DNA of 64,000 nt, taken from Nageia nagi (taxonomy: Eukaryota > Plantae > Pinophyta). Under the pieces are notes generated by a model. The model saw only the letters and a program-made list of their open reading frames with translations. It was not told the DNA's origin and searched no databases. Position 1 is the first letter of the stretch, and each line of letters opens with the position of its first letter. The stretch is from NCBI GenBank assembly GCA_050084985.1, contig JBITNC010000001.1:138508001-138572000 (forward strand), read 5' to 3'. The position numbers and the translations under genes are program-made. Positions 13,246 through 26,922 of this stretch are shown piece by piece.

Positions 13246-13964
13246 AAAAAGAAGAACAATATTTTTTGTCACTTTCCAATCATCCCACATGGAAACATCA
13301 ATAACATATAAAATCTCTCCAGGTTCGCTATACTAAATATTCTATAGGCAAATATTTATAAATAAAATATGTCTTTATTTCATTAAAGAAATCAAAAAAT
13401 TATTTTTGAATTCCATTAACATTTTCTAAAATATATAATTTTTTCCTTTCTACATATTTTCAAAACATAACAATTTCTTTGAATTATTTAAATATATTTC
13501 ACAAATGCAAAAACTAACATTCTAGTGTCTCATTTTAGGTATCTAAAAATATGGAAAACTAGAGAAAATTCCTGTAAACTTATTCATGGATTAATTTTGT
13601 AAAATTACATATGTGAATTGACATGAACCTAGTCAAACAAAATATTGTTATGAAAAACCAATTACAACCCTATGGAAGGATGGAGTAATAGGAAAAATAT
13701 CCATAGCATACACAGAGTTTGAAGATGAACAAAAGAGAAGTGATGGTTTCTCCTCAAAACATATGGTTCCAAGGTAACAATTCAATTTCTATATAACTTT
13801 TTGATTCTATATTCCAAAAATTATAGTTTACATGGTAAAAAAATTCATTTCAAAGATCTTATTCATTTCTTTTTCATACTTTAAAACAAATTTTATTTCC
13901 AATTATCTTTACTATACTTAAAAAATTTTGTAGGTGACCTTTGAAGATCAATAAATACTTATTT

Positions 13965-14615
13965 TTCTATTACATGTTCAATTTCATTTCTTCAAATGTA
14001 AATGTATTACATCATTCTCAAACTATTGTATGTTGGTTCAAATTATTTCTCGTTATATACTTGCTTTACATTTAGTTACATTTTTCATTATGTACAAAAC
14101 TAGATTACTTACAATGTAATTTAACATTTTAATTATCTTCATTTCACAATCTATTACATGCTCATTTTCATTTCTTCAAATGTAAATGTATTACGTCACT
14201 CTCAAACTAACATATGTTGGAACAAACTATTTCTCATTATCTACTTCATTTACATTTAATTACTATTTTCATTATGTACATAACTAGATTTATTACAAAC
14301 AACATTTTCTTCAATATATTCATTACTAGAGTTTAATTGTGCTCAAAAATATAAATTTCAAACATTCTCAAATACTCTAGTTATTTCTAATGTTCACATT
14401 TGATAAATACTCATTTTTTTAAGTTTAATTGTATTCAAAAATACAAATTTCAAACTTTATGGAATGCTTTATTTATTTCCAACATTTACATTTGAAAAAT
14501 AATATTATTTCTCACACAATAATTACATATAATCTATAGAAAACAAACTAAATATTTATCTACTTGCTTTTCATTTACATACATTTTTCATTATGTACAT
14601 AACTAGATTAATTAC
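13965..14615 (+). repeat. AT-rich diverged direct repeats (~185-bp period plus partial copies), probably the 3' region of the Helitron-like element
   Basis: ctattacatg.tca.tttcatttcttcaaatgtaaatgtattac at ~13967 and ~14151. The segment ttttcattatgtaca.aactagatt recurs at ~14082, ~14267 and ~14585. Confidence 0.7.
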
Positions 14616-15489
14616 AAATTAATTAAAAATTATACAATTCAAATTTTATGGAATTCATTACTTATTTCTAAAATAAAAAACTAAATATTTTTCTACACTA
14701 TACCCATTGCACTTTGTTGCAATAGCTACTTATTTAACCTTGAAATTCTACATTGAATTTTAAAACTTACATAAAATTAAAATGTACAGTAAATATTTTT
14801 TAACCAATCAATTGTTTAGATTCTTTATCGCTAAATATAATATTAGAATGAAAATAATAAGTAAAACCAAGTATTCATACAAATTAAATAGTAATACAAA
14901 ATTATCCAAATAAATGTAAAACTTATGATATCATTTAGAATGAAATGATTATAAGTACATGAAATAAAATATATAGAACACCATGTAAAAAGATATCAAT
15001 ACTAATAAATACGACAACTCAAATGGATCTTGTCATCGCTTCATCCCTTAAGGAGATAAGCATGCAAGATGGATGTTGTCATCCTTTCATCTCTCAAGGA
15101 GACAGTTATAGCTTGATGAGAGCCTTGATATTCGTCACGAAAGATGGGAATCTTTTCATGAAAAGGAAAAGATATCCTCTTTGTTGTGGCAGTGGAGTAA
15201 AATACACAATAGAGATTAATTTATAGCATGTCAGAGATCCACCAAAGTTGTTGAAGATAACAGCATACGAAGAAGGTTTTGCAATAAAATATGGATTTTA
15301 GATGGAGGAAAATAGTTGCACACATGGTGGTAGGCATGTTTGAAATGGGAGCTGAAAGTAGAATCATCTGCAAGGACCCAACAAGGAGACAGCCTCCAGC
15401 ATGGATCGTTTCATGCATTCATCACGAGGATAGAAGTCATGCAAAATTGATTTTGTTAAGATTAGATGCCTTTGGTATCAGTTGGATTC

Positions 15490-15579
15490 TTTCTCTTTGT
15501 CTCCCCTCTTGCAAAAATATAAGCTATATAAATATTTCTCTTTGTCTCCCCTCTTGCAAAAATATAAGCTATATAAATA
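15490..15579 (+). promoter_or_regulatory. Perfect 2 x 45-bp tandem duplication containing the likely TATA box of the DUF241-like gene
   Basis: tttctctttgtctcccctcttgcaaaaatataagctatataaata occurs twice. The second CTATATAAATA ends 38 nt upstream of the ATG at 15618. Confidence 0.8.
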
Positions 15580-15617
15580 CATATTTAAATGTAATAGCAT
15601 CAGTAATCCTGACCACC

Positions 15618-16586
15618 ATGAGCACCTCTGGATCTCTTCTATCATCTCCTACAGCGGCCTTATTCCTGCGCTCCCTCTCTCCACGGAAAGATGGTTACAG
15701 GCATAAGCGATCATGGAGTATGCCCTCCACACTCGAGAGGCACCCAACCATCTATGAAATCGTAGCTGATCTGGAAAGATTACAGGAACAACCTTCTTGC
15801 TCATATTACTTCGTAGATTGTCTTGGAGAAGCTTTGGAGGTGGTGATCAACGCTTGCCGTAGATCCATAGAATTAGGGTTTGACATTGATGGTACAAGTA
15901 AGGGATGCAAATTGGTGGATCTACATTTAGAAGAAATGTTGCATCTGCTAGAAATCTGCAATTTGTTGATTGATAGCATAGATGAAATCAGGAAGCAACA
16001 CGTATCTATGCAGGTAGCCATTCAAACCAATTCCCTTCAAAGATCGGGTAGCTCACTTGAGAATCTCTCAGACCTAAAGAACAAGGGCCTCCAATCCAGA
16101 CTTGAGAAATGCATGTCTACACTCAGGTGAATGGCTGATAGCGTAAGCCTCCAGCAAAAAGTAAAAGTAGGATAAGGTCAAGAAGCTTTCATGGCTGTCA
16201 ACCAAGCTAAGGCAATTACCATCTTGGTATGTTATGCACTAGTGGCTTCATTTTCCGTCAACCCTCTTAGGATGTCGTCTCTATTTGTATCACTTCCTCT
16301 TAGCAATATACAAACCAAGCTAAAGCAGGATGTTAAAATGAGAAGATAGAATTCCAAGACGTGGTTGTTGGTTAAGTTAGAGAGGGAATATGTTGCACTT
16401 GAAAACCTCAACAATCGAATCAAATCCAACTCCAAGTTGCATATGACTCTTGAACTCTCTTAAATCAACACGACACTCCAAGACTTGGACAGAGATCTAA
16501 CCCTTTTGGATCACAAAATAGGCCAATTCTTCAAAGTTTTTGTTTCTGCTAGAGTTGCACTCTTGAAAACTCTTTCTGATTCTTGA
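15618..16586 (+). pseudogene. Intronless DUF241 / BPS1-like plant protein pseudogene, copy A (full length, four in-frame stops, no frameshift)
   Basis: HKRSWSMPSTLERHP (family RSxSLPxxxHP), HLLEICNLLIDSI (LLDxC..xxD) and C-terminal LDHKIGQFFKVFVSARVALLKTLS (LF+xL+xxRVxLLNxLS). Stops at 16128, 16173, ~16347 and 16461. Confidence 0.88.
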
Positions 16587-19089
16587 CATAGCTCATTCCA
16601 TTCAACATAGAATGATGCCCAAATTGACCCTTTTTTACAATTTGGCTCCTCATGTATGTTAAAGACATTAAAGAAATCAGCATTCATGGCACACATGTGA
16701 TGCCCCATATAAACAATTATCCAATTTTTTAACTTTTTGTCTTCCATGTTTATAATGGTTTGTTGCATTTATTAAATATTATTCTTAATTATCATATTTA
16801 TTCATGTCTTTGTCTTAAGCATATAACTTGTTTTATTTATTACATGTAACAAGTATTAATTTAGAAATTTTATGGAGTACAACATAAATTTTTGGATTTT
16901 ACCAATAAGATATTTAAAAAAAATTACTAGTACAATTTTAGAATGATAATTATATTAAAAGAATGATTTTTTAATAATATTATCAATACATACAACAATA
17001 GCATCCATGCATTGAAGGGGTGTATCGGAGGGTAAAACATAGCAACACGACCTACAAGTAATCCAACATCATGATCAACTGTTAAGATAACCAAATGATG
17101 TATTGAAAAATGATTTATTTGGATTAGATGATGATCATGATCATTATGAGTCAACTAGCCAATCAACTACCAAGTCAGATGGCTCAGGTCATAAGTTAGG
17201 TACTTGCTTAGGTAGTGAGTCATCTAGTGAGGATGTTGATATGGAGAGCTAGTATGTACTCATGATGTGAATACCATTGTCTCATTTTTACATATTATAT
17301 GATATGGTTGTAATGATATAGATGTCTATGTATATCATTTTTAAGTATATATATCAAATGTATATATGTATATCCTTTTAGCATATTTTGATGTATATAT
17401 TTTGATATGGCTATTATAATGTTTTGACGTATATGTTATTATTTTGATGTAGATATTTTTTTGGCAGATTTTAGCATATTTTGGCATATTTTGACATATA
17501 TTTGGTGTATTTTAGCATATTTTTTGGTTTATATAATTATGATATATCTTAATTATTGAATTAATGAAATTAAATAAAATTATATGAATTACTTTAAAAT
17601 AATTATTTTTTAAAATTTTAAAAAATCAATATAAAAAGTTACCCTTACGAAAGTAAAATCAAATGCAACTAGATGCAAAAATTGATACAACTTAAGACAC
17701 CAAACAATACAAAATAAGATTGACACAAAAAAGGTCCCAAATGATGCTACAAAGGAAATAAAATATGACATGAAACAATACATTTGAATGCAAAAAAAAC
17801 CTTGAATATACAAAAAATGGATGTAAAAAATGACTAAAGGAAGATGCAAAAATTGATGCAAATTCTATTGTGTTAGCTGCATCCAAATTTGCATAGGTTT
17901 TGAGTAAAAAATATTAAAAAGAATCACTAAATTTGGATATAAAAAATTATGTAAATCTAGGGTTTTCTAGTAGTGATATGCTTCATTCATCTACATATAC
18001 CTTGATTCATCTACATGAGACCTAATCTTGCATGCAAATGATTCCTAAACCCATATGATCTTCAAAAAGTAGAAAAATCAAATTATTAAATATTTGTATA
18101 TAGAAAAATCAAATACCCAAGGGAAGATCAATTTATTTCAATTCAAATTAGACCTATTCAAGAAGCAACTCTCGAATATATATATTCTAGTCTCAAAGAA
18201 AAAGGATACCATAACTGCATAAGCTTAACAAATCTCTCAATTGGAAGAGCAAAGAAATACTATTAATGCATAAGCTCAAGAATATCAGTGTATCCCACAA
18301 TTAGAAATGATTATTATTGGCTCTCAAAAAATGCTTGCATTGTTTAAACAATAACCACATAAAATGACCAATTCATATTAGACATGAAGAGTAGAAATGA
18401 GATACTTGAATCTCCCAAACTTCCTCTTCTAGTATAATTTCACATCAAAAATTACAACAAATCTCGGAAGTGGTTACTGAACTTAAATATAACTAATCAA
18501 AAATTCTCACACAACATGAATAACTCAAGTAGGAAACCACTATTCAACAATAATATATATAGAAGTAGGTCATGAAACATCATTCATGGGATCAAGTAAC
18601 TAAGGATAAAAAGCCTTCCTTTTTTTTGACTTGGTTCTATAAGATGAATTTACAAAATATATAGTTTGCCATACTAAGGAACTCAATCTTCAAGTTTTTG
18701 GTCTTCCCAAAACCAACTCTCCATTACAACATGGGCACATATTCATTCATGACACTTTGGACCTAAAAAGTATTACCTTTGAAAAAATATAGATATAAAA
18801 AATGACACATTAATTGATCAATTTAAAGTAACAAATAATTACCTACAAGCCTTTTGAGCAAAGAAAAAATTTCTTCTTCTTCCATAGAAAAATTACTTAG
18901 ATGATCTCACAAGACTTACAATTAAAGAGCTATATAAGGCTCAAGATCTAGTTATTATTCCATAAAAATAAAATAAATGTGTTGTTATCTATGATCATAG
19001 ATTAGTGATCTGTGATTCACCTCCCTTTTTTTGGTCATGCCCTTGGCCGATCAAATTAAGGTGCTCTCTAGTATTATTAATCAATGATA

Positions 19090-21850
19090 TGGTTAACATT
19101 ACTTGTTCACATTGTAATGGTCTATTGTTATCTTCCTTACTCTAGTGGATTCATCAAATTTACCTATAATTGAGGAGCAAGTGTGGTGGACTATGTATTA
19201 GCTAGCTTACATTCTATTCCTTTCATTTAGGACCTTATTGATCACATAGTCTTTCCCATGCATACCATGCAACTCTATTTGTTTTTCTCTTAGTAAACTC
19301 CCCCTAAATGCCTCCACTCCCAATTTGCTCCCTTCTTTGAGTCCTTCTAGTATTCAACATACCACTATCCCTTTTAGCTCTGAGTATATCAACCAATATA
19401 CCAATTATCTCTCATCACTTATAGATAACAATACTAATCTAGTTTATGCTCCTAAGAGAGTCACTACCACATACAAGCTTTTATCCAATATGCTCTAGAA
19501 GGAAGACCTTAATGACTTTCCCCACAAGGCCTATCATTCTTGTCTACCTTGCTATTCTAATTCCTAACTTAGGAATCATTGGTATGATGCAAAATATAAA
19601 TCCATGCATAAGATACTTCACTTTTGTCTCTCCCATGATCCTTCCTCTTTATTATCCATCCAAAGAGTTTATCATGATCTTCTTCAAAAGAGACATCATT
19701 TTCTTACCACTACTTGGCATGTTCTTATTGACTATGTCCATCACTCTCCTATAACCTTTTGGTGTGCCCTCCTTCCAAGAAAACAACCCTCATATAACAT
19801 AGAACCTTAGTTTTTGGTATCATATGATAGTTAAGTTTATGATATTCTTGTTCAACATACTCCACACATTCTATCACCTCCTATCTTATCATCTTTCTTA
19901 TCTATACATTATTCCCATAGCCATTTGAAAACTTTGTATTGGTAGAGTAGTAAATTATGAAGGCTTGCAAGTTGAGTTTCTAAAATATGGTGGTGACTCA
20001 CTCTCCTCTCTTATTGCTAACTTTTTTATGGTATTTTATGTGTAGCATTTTCTCTTTCATGGTTACATCACATCATTTATCCCATTCATAGATCAGGATA
20101 TTTTTTAATCCTAACAATTACAAAACCCTAATAATTGGGAATACTTTTTTCATGCTTTATGCCACAACTCTGAACATGATGCTATCATATCATTTGGAGT
20201 ATAATAACCTCATGGTAAGAGGGAAGGAAAGATTCAAGAGGTAATACCATATTTTAGATCATATCTTCATCCTTTGAGCTATCATTAAGGAGGCTTGTTA
20301 GGTGTTTTATTGATTTATTGATTTTAGATAGCCTTTGAAAATATCCCACGATACTTACTTTTTCAAAATTTATATACAATTGGTATCTCTTATACATTTT
20401 TTATTTCCATCATAAGGACTTATTATATAGTGGTTGGTGGATTCTAAATTATGGATGATTTTTTAGGTATGGTCACTAAAACTATTAGAGTTAAGCAAGG
20501 GTGCCCCCTTTCAGCCACTCTATTTAGCATGTATATTGATGACCTTGAGGACTTTGTTTGACTACACACTCACATAGAAAATTGTTGTTTACTTCATTAG
20601 ATCTAAATTACTATACTTCTATTTGTAAATGATGTGATTCTCTTATCAGACTCTCTTGAGGGTATTCAGAGATAATTGGATGTACTTTCAAGTTTGAGCG
20701 ACCCAAAATATCTCATAGTGAACCTTGATAAAACCAAGATCATGATCTTTAATACCTCTAGTGGCACTCTCCCTAGATACCATTTTTGCTATAAAGGTGA
20801 GATAATTGAGATCTATACTACTTACACCTACCTAGGTGTTTAGTTTTCGGGACCATCTTTCAACTTGAAACCAACCTCACAATCACATATTTGTAAGGGA
20901 TATGCTTCATTTTCTATTTTATAATATCAATACTTCTAGATTAATTTTCAAGATTTCCTTCAAATAAATTTCTCTTTTATACCCTTGTTAAACCCACAGT
21001 TCTCTATGAGACAGAGGTTTGGGGCCCTAGTTGTAGACTCATTCAATGGTCACACATTAAGAGGATTCATACCATCATGCCTCAACAAATTATCTATTAT
21101 AAGCATACTGTATCATAAAATATTATAGAAAGTGAGTTCATCATATAACCACTCTATGTTGAGAGCATATTCAAGCTCACATCCTTTCTGCACAAACTAT
21201 GATAGTTTAGTAAATCTATCATGGGCCATAAGAGGTACCCATTTCTTACTTTGTGTTATTCAAAGAGGCTTGAATATTTAGGCTTCATTAGGTATAGGTA
21301 TTATTGGTACTTTAAACAAAGTTAACTTCTTTATTATATGAGTATCTCTATTGATTGATCTTCTTTTAGCATTCCATTACCTACTCCTAATCACCTTTGA
21401 AATTCAAAGTCAAAGCTACAAAGATATATTAGAGAGGAGATTTACCATCACTACATTCAAGTTACTTTGGTCTCACTTCCATAACCTCTCAGCCCTAAAC
21501 TAGCTTTTTATGTAGAGTATTTCTTACATATCACTGATATTAGCATTTTCATTCCCACCTACCTCCAACACCAATGGTCTCCCAACCTAAGGATTCTCAT
21601 TAGACAACTGTGAGTTTATTCACATCAGCTTCATGTTGATATGGACCACTACATTCCACATTCATAGAGACCTTATCAACTCTACTCTCTACGGGAGGTG
21701 GAGAATGAAAATAACTACATATTCTGATTTCCTATCTACTACGAGATTCAAGGATGATATTATTACCTATGCAAGGATTCTCAAGGCTCCTTGCACATAT
21801 TTTTTATTTTCTTAACTAGAAATGCCTAGCACTATTTTTGAGATAGATCA
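19090..21850 (+). mobile_element. Degenerate non-LTR retrotransposon ORF2 (APE-RT-zinc knuckle), RTE/RTEX-like, 5'-truncated
   Basis: APE GASVVDYVLAS..DH (~19176-19250). RT PIHRSG..NPNNYK, DHIFIL, FIDFR.AF, GVKQGCPLSATLFSMYIDDL (~20490-20545), LLFVNDVILL, VNLDKTKIMIF and YTYLGV. C-terminal LRILIRQL*VYSHQL..EVENENNYIF*FPIYYEI looks like a decayed C..C..H..C knuckle. Clade assignment is tentative. Confidence 0.88.
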
Positions 21851-22734
21851 TCCTCTTCAAGTGAGTATCTTTACAACAATCTATAGAGATCCCACATACC
21901 ACCAGAGTGATCAGCTCTTTCTTTTAGCCTATTTTAGATCCTATTATGAGGAAACATCCTTCATAAAATACTCTTTAGGATACTTACAATCTCAGGTTAA
22001 CATGACAATCATCTCATATCTAATACAGGCACTATCCAATTATAGCTTAAATGATAGCTATGTATTACTAGTTTTCTTTTCTCTATGAGTGATCCCTCTT
22101 CTAGCTTGGGACACTCTTAATAATTATTTTATTTTATTTTGTAAGTCCCAAGGGTTATCAACTCTAGTTCTTTTTATCATTTAAGGATCTTAATCAATCT
22201 TATTTCTAAATCCTTTCTTTAGATATTATAATAATATTTGTTAAGATATTGTATATAATATTACCAAGAATTATAAGGAATACTAAATCTTTTAAACTTC
22301 AAAAAAGTAAAAAATAAATAAATATTATATACGATCAAATATGAAATGTAAGCATATTAAAAAAATCACGAAGTCAAAATATTTTTATACATCATTTTCT
22401 TTAAATTTTAATTGAATATCTTATTTCATTATATAGGCTACATTTCTATATACTATGAATATGATCTATTTAAATTTGTATGGTTGTGTTTGAAGTATTT
22501 TAAGAAATATATTATATCTTGGTGCATATAATCATGTAGTATACATTCAGATCCTTACAAATTATTAGAAATATGTACCTAATACAAAAATGAAGTGTTG
22601 AGTTTAATCTTATCTATGTTTGTTTTCAGTTCTATTGGTAGCATCCTACCATAGTGGATCCCTTCTTACATTATTCATGAATAAATTGAATTATCCATCA
22701 TGTGTTTTATAGTTTTAATGCATAATGAAGAAAC

Positions 22735-25387
22735 CTTAGTTTTGAGCTCAAGAAATTATTTTTACATTCCTCTGTCTTTTGAATATCTAGTTAGAACAGC
22801 ATATCTCTCAACCTCAACGAATCATGAACTTCTCTCTTAAAAACAAGTCTAAACATAAGTAAAGCAGTTACTTTTGCGGTTTGGTACATTCTGCTATAAC
22901 TTTCCCAGTAGTGAGTGAGCTCAAGCATATTGTATACTATGAGCTTATTGAAGCCAAAACAAGGTAAGTATGATTATCCTTTGATTGATATCTTATTATC
23001 TATCTGATAATTTTAAGTTGAAAGGAAGCGATATTTTATATATTTTATGAACTCTAATGATATTTTTTTCACTTGGGATAACAATGATAATAATCTGAAG
23101 ACTATCAAACAATTAGTATTTAGGGTGAATGTTGATTAGATCTAGCATACAATAAGATTAAGTCCTCTAACAATTTCAAATTCTCAATAGTTGGATTTGA
23201 TTATTTTATATTTGTAAGTAGTTGACAAAATCATTTTTTATCTTCATTTTGTCCTTCCTGTCGAAATATCTTATACAATATTATAATAATTAAAAATTCT
23301 TACAATAATAATTTGCATACTTGTAACTTACATATGGTCATCTATGGATATCAGGTGGTAATTATCCTAAATGGCTCACCAAATTGATTGAACTTCCTCT
23401 AAAATAGATGTTAGAATATTGCAAAAAAACTTGATGAAGGTGTGAATCTATCTATTTTAATAAAGCTCATCTCATCAATCAATGCATATTTTATATGTTG
23501 TAACTTTTTTTCAAAATTCATTAATTTTGTTCCTTCCAAAACATTTCATCCAACATTCAAAGGAAAAAATAATCGACTACATTCATCTATCAATACATAT
23601 TTTTTATTTTTTATTTTTAGCTATTGAATACATTGCTTTATGTATAATAACTATTTCATCACATATTACCTAACTTGATAAAAAAAATTCTAAAACCTTT
23701 TTTAAGATATTATAATAATATGTTAATATATTATAATAATATATGTTAATATGTTTTACGTAATATTATTGAGATTTGTATTTAATAACAAATCATATAT
23801 ACTTTAAAAAAATAGAAAAATATTATGTACAGAGTTAAATGCATAATGAAAGTAGCTTAAAAAATACCACATCAAAATGTTTCATGTATATCATCTTCTT
23901 TAAAGTTTAATTGATTATATTATGTCATTATATACCATACATTTTTATCTACTATGAATACAATCTACCTATGTTTGAAGTATTTAATAAATATAATATG
24001 ATGCATATAATCATACAATATACATTTAGATACTCATAATTTATTAAGAATATATATCTTATACAAAAATAGAAGTACTGAGTTCAATATCAAAGTTATA
24101 TTTGTTTATCAAAATTGAATAAAATCAATAGATGAAGTTATAGTTTTAAATATAATTGATATATTTTATACAATTGGTATTATAATATAAAACTCTTATA
24201 TCCAATCAAAATTAAACATCTCTCTGAATAATGTTGTAAACAAAAATTCTTTTAGATGATAATCTTGGTCCTCCTTTCTATAAGGGAAGAGGGAAGTCAA
24301 CGAACCAGCTCCCTTCTTTCCTACAAATTGAATTTGGAACTTATAAAGAGTTAAAGTATACTACAAATAATTTTCAACCAATATTTTTGCTTCTTCTTAG
24401 TATTAAACTTAAATTTAGAATAAAAATAATAATAAAAACCAAGTCTTTATACGAATTAAATAGTAGTACCAAATTATGTAAGTAAATGTAAATCTTACTA
24501 TATCAAATAAAATGATATGATTATAAGAACATGAAATAAAATATATATAATACCATTTAAAAATAAGAGACAATTGTAGCTTAATGAAATAATTTCATAT
24601 TCATCATACCAGATGGATGTTTTCCTTCTTTCATCTCTCAAGGAGAGAGTCATAAATTGATGAGAGCCTAAAGGGTAAGTGCAAGAAGATGAGTCCCACT
24701 TTTGGCAAAAAAGTTGAAGTATTTTCTCTAATTTTTAGGTTTTCTCAAAATTGATCTCAAAATTTGAAGCATTTAGAGTCTGATTCTTGAAAAAGGTCAC
24801 TTATGTAAAAATTTATTTCTAAATTAATGTTTGGTAGGTATATTTAAAAGCCACTATTTAAAAATAAAATTTCAGGACCATACCCCCATTGTGTATTTTA
24901 AAATCCTTTTGAGAAAATATACCTAAGATACTAAATATTGTGGAGGAGTTTTTTGTCATTTTTCCATGAATATTTTATTTTCAAAAATTGCTTGTGTCCG
25001 CCAAGTATAATTTGACCTAAACTTATCATTTTTAATTTGTTTTTTTTTTATCTTGTGAATAATTGTATGCAAATTGTGCACATATATTATTTTTTTCACA
25101 ATTCCCAAAATATAAAATATTATTAAACAAATACAAAACCAATTATTTAAAAAATATAATTTCAAGACCATACCCATCATGTCTGTCAAGCATAATTGGA
25201 CCTAAATTAAAATATATTTTTAAATCCTTTTGGTTAAAGATAAATAAGACATTAAATATTATGGAGGATATTTTTTTATTTTTTTTCATGAATATTTTAT
25301 TTTTTTATTAATTTTTATTGGCCATGATTATCATTTCAAAAATTGCTTATGTCTGGTAAGCATAATTTCAATAAAACTTATCATTTT
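22735..25387 (+). repeat. Recent direct segmental duplication, copy 1 (matches ~28878-31585, offset ~6.14 kb)
   Basis: Nearly identical by eye from ttagttttgagctcaagaaatt onward. The same spurious ORF MNLSILIKLISS occurs at 23442 and 29586. Runs into the gap. Confidence 0.95.
24673..25387. mobile_element. Non-autonomous TIR DNA element, copy truncated by the gap
   Basis: Left TIR GGGTAAGTGCAAGAAGATGAGTCCCACTTT after TAAA. Internal sequence matches 30820-31585. Confidence 0.85.
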
Positions 25388-25487
25388 NNNNNNNNNNNNN
25401 NNNNNNNNNNNNNNNNNNNNNNNNNNNNNNNNNNNNNNNNNNNNNNNNNNNNNNNNNNNNNNNNNNNNNNNNNNNNNNNNNNNNNNN
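25388..25487. other. Assembly gap (100 N)
   Basis: Run of exactly 100 N. Confidence 1.
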
Positions 25488-26284
25488 CTTTACTTCAAAT
25501 TGTTGGAAATTGTATGAGTACCAAGAGAACCTGATCACTTTTCTTATCTCATCCCTTCATCTGTCCCATTTATGAATTAAAAATTGGGATGCCATTATTT
25601 TCATTATTGATGTGCAAAGATTGATAAAGTAGTGGGAGCAATGATATTTTTGGGAGATCAAGAGAGATCCTATAGAAGGAGGCTTAAAGGAAGTGATAAG
25701 GATACTAATGGTGCAAAGGATCTTCAACATTAGGATAGAAGAATTTTCACCTAGAATGTTCTAATATGGAGGTAAAGTCTAAAGTTCCCTATAGTTTCAT
25801 ATAAATTGCATGCTGACAGTGGTGAGTGTTTATACAAGGAAATCCAAGAATGAGTGGGAGTTGGAAATCCATAAGGTTGGATGGTGCATGGTGTTTTGCA
25901 TGCATGATGAAAGCAAAGGAAAATGGTGCAAGGAAAGACTTGAAGAAGATTGCATTAGGATATGGTTGATCCAAGAAGAACTAGGAGGAGTTCATCGAAC
26001 ATCATAAGAAGAAGATAAAGTTGTACTCTAATCTGAGGCGGTGAATCAAATCTCCAAATGAAAGATTATTGGATATGGAGTCTTTATTTACTATGACAAT
26101 TGAAACAACCAATATTTGATGAAGTTAAAATCATGAAAATATTATGAGGCTAGATAAAATATGCCTGATAAAAATACTAAACCCAATTTGTACGGCTCTT
26201 TTGGTAGCATCCATGTTAGAATAGACACGTTTGTGTTGTGAGCACTAGGTGCAATGTCACTGGCATAACAAATAGCAGTAAGCG

Positions 26285-26922
26285 TTAGACATCTGCAATG
26301 TGTTGAGAGATAGCATAGCTGAAACGAGGAAGCAGCACACGTCTGCGCAGGTAGTCATGGGAATCAATGCCCTTCAAAGATCGGGCAGTTCACTTGCCAG
26401 TTTGTCAGGCCTAAAGAATAAGGGCATCCAATCCAGACTTGAGAAACGCATGTCTACAATCAGGCAAATGGCTGATAGCGTAAGCCTCCAGGCAAAAGCG
26501 CAAGCACGATAATGTGAAGAAGCTTTCATTGCCGTGAACCATGCTAAGGCAATTGCCATCTTGGTGTGTTCTGCGCTAGTGGCTTCATTTTCCGTCAACC
26601 CTCTTAGGATGCCGTCTCTATCTGTATCACTTCGTCTTAGCAATCTACAAGCCAAGCTAAAGCAGAAGTTGAAATGAGAAGATGGAAGTCCAAGAGGTGG
26701 TTGTTGGTTGAGTTAGAGAGGGCAGATGTTGCATTTGATAACCTCAACAATCGACTCAACTCCAACTCCAAGCTGCACATGACTCTTGAACTCTCTGAAA
26801 TCAACACGGCACTCCAAGACTTGGACAGAGCTCTAGCCCTTTTGGATCACAAAATAGACCATCTCTTCAAAGCTTTTATTTCTGCTAGAGTTGCACTCTT
26901 GAACAGCCTTTCTTCTTCTTGA
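26285..26922 (+). pseudogene. DUF241 / BPS1-like pseudogene, copy B (5'-truncated, one stop, one -1 frameshift)
   Basis: LDICNVLRDSIAETRKQH..SRLEKRMSTIRQ aligns to copy A. TAA at 26510-26512 and a 1-nt deletion near 26666. Ends LFKAFISARVALLNSLSSS*. The 3' flank 26923-27180 aligns to 16587-16880. Confidence 0.88.

Noticed and set aside
15291-15617. N-terminal 109 codons of the 279-aa ORF in the track
   Set aside because: The frame runs through the duplicated TATA region. Family similarity starts only after the ATG at 15618, so the extension is probably fortuitous.
16930-18000. Possible DNA-transposon end with low-complexity ttttagcatatttt and gatgcaaaaa repeats
   Set aside because: No TIR, TSD or transposase motif could be identified, so it is too weak to call.
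25488-26284. Purine-rich segment replacing the 5' half of DUF241 copy B
   Set aside because: Probably transposon-derived, but I could not recognise a motif or termini.
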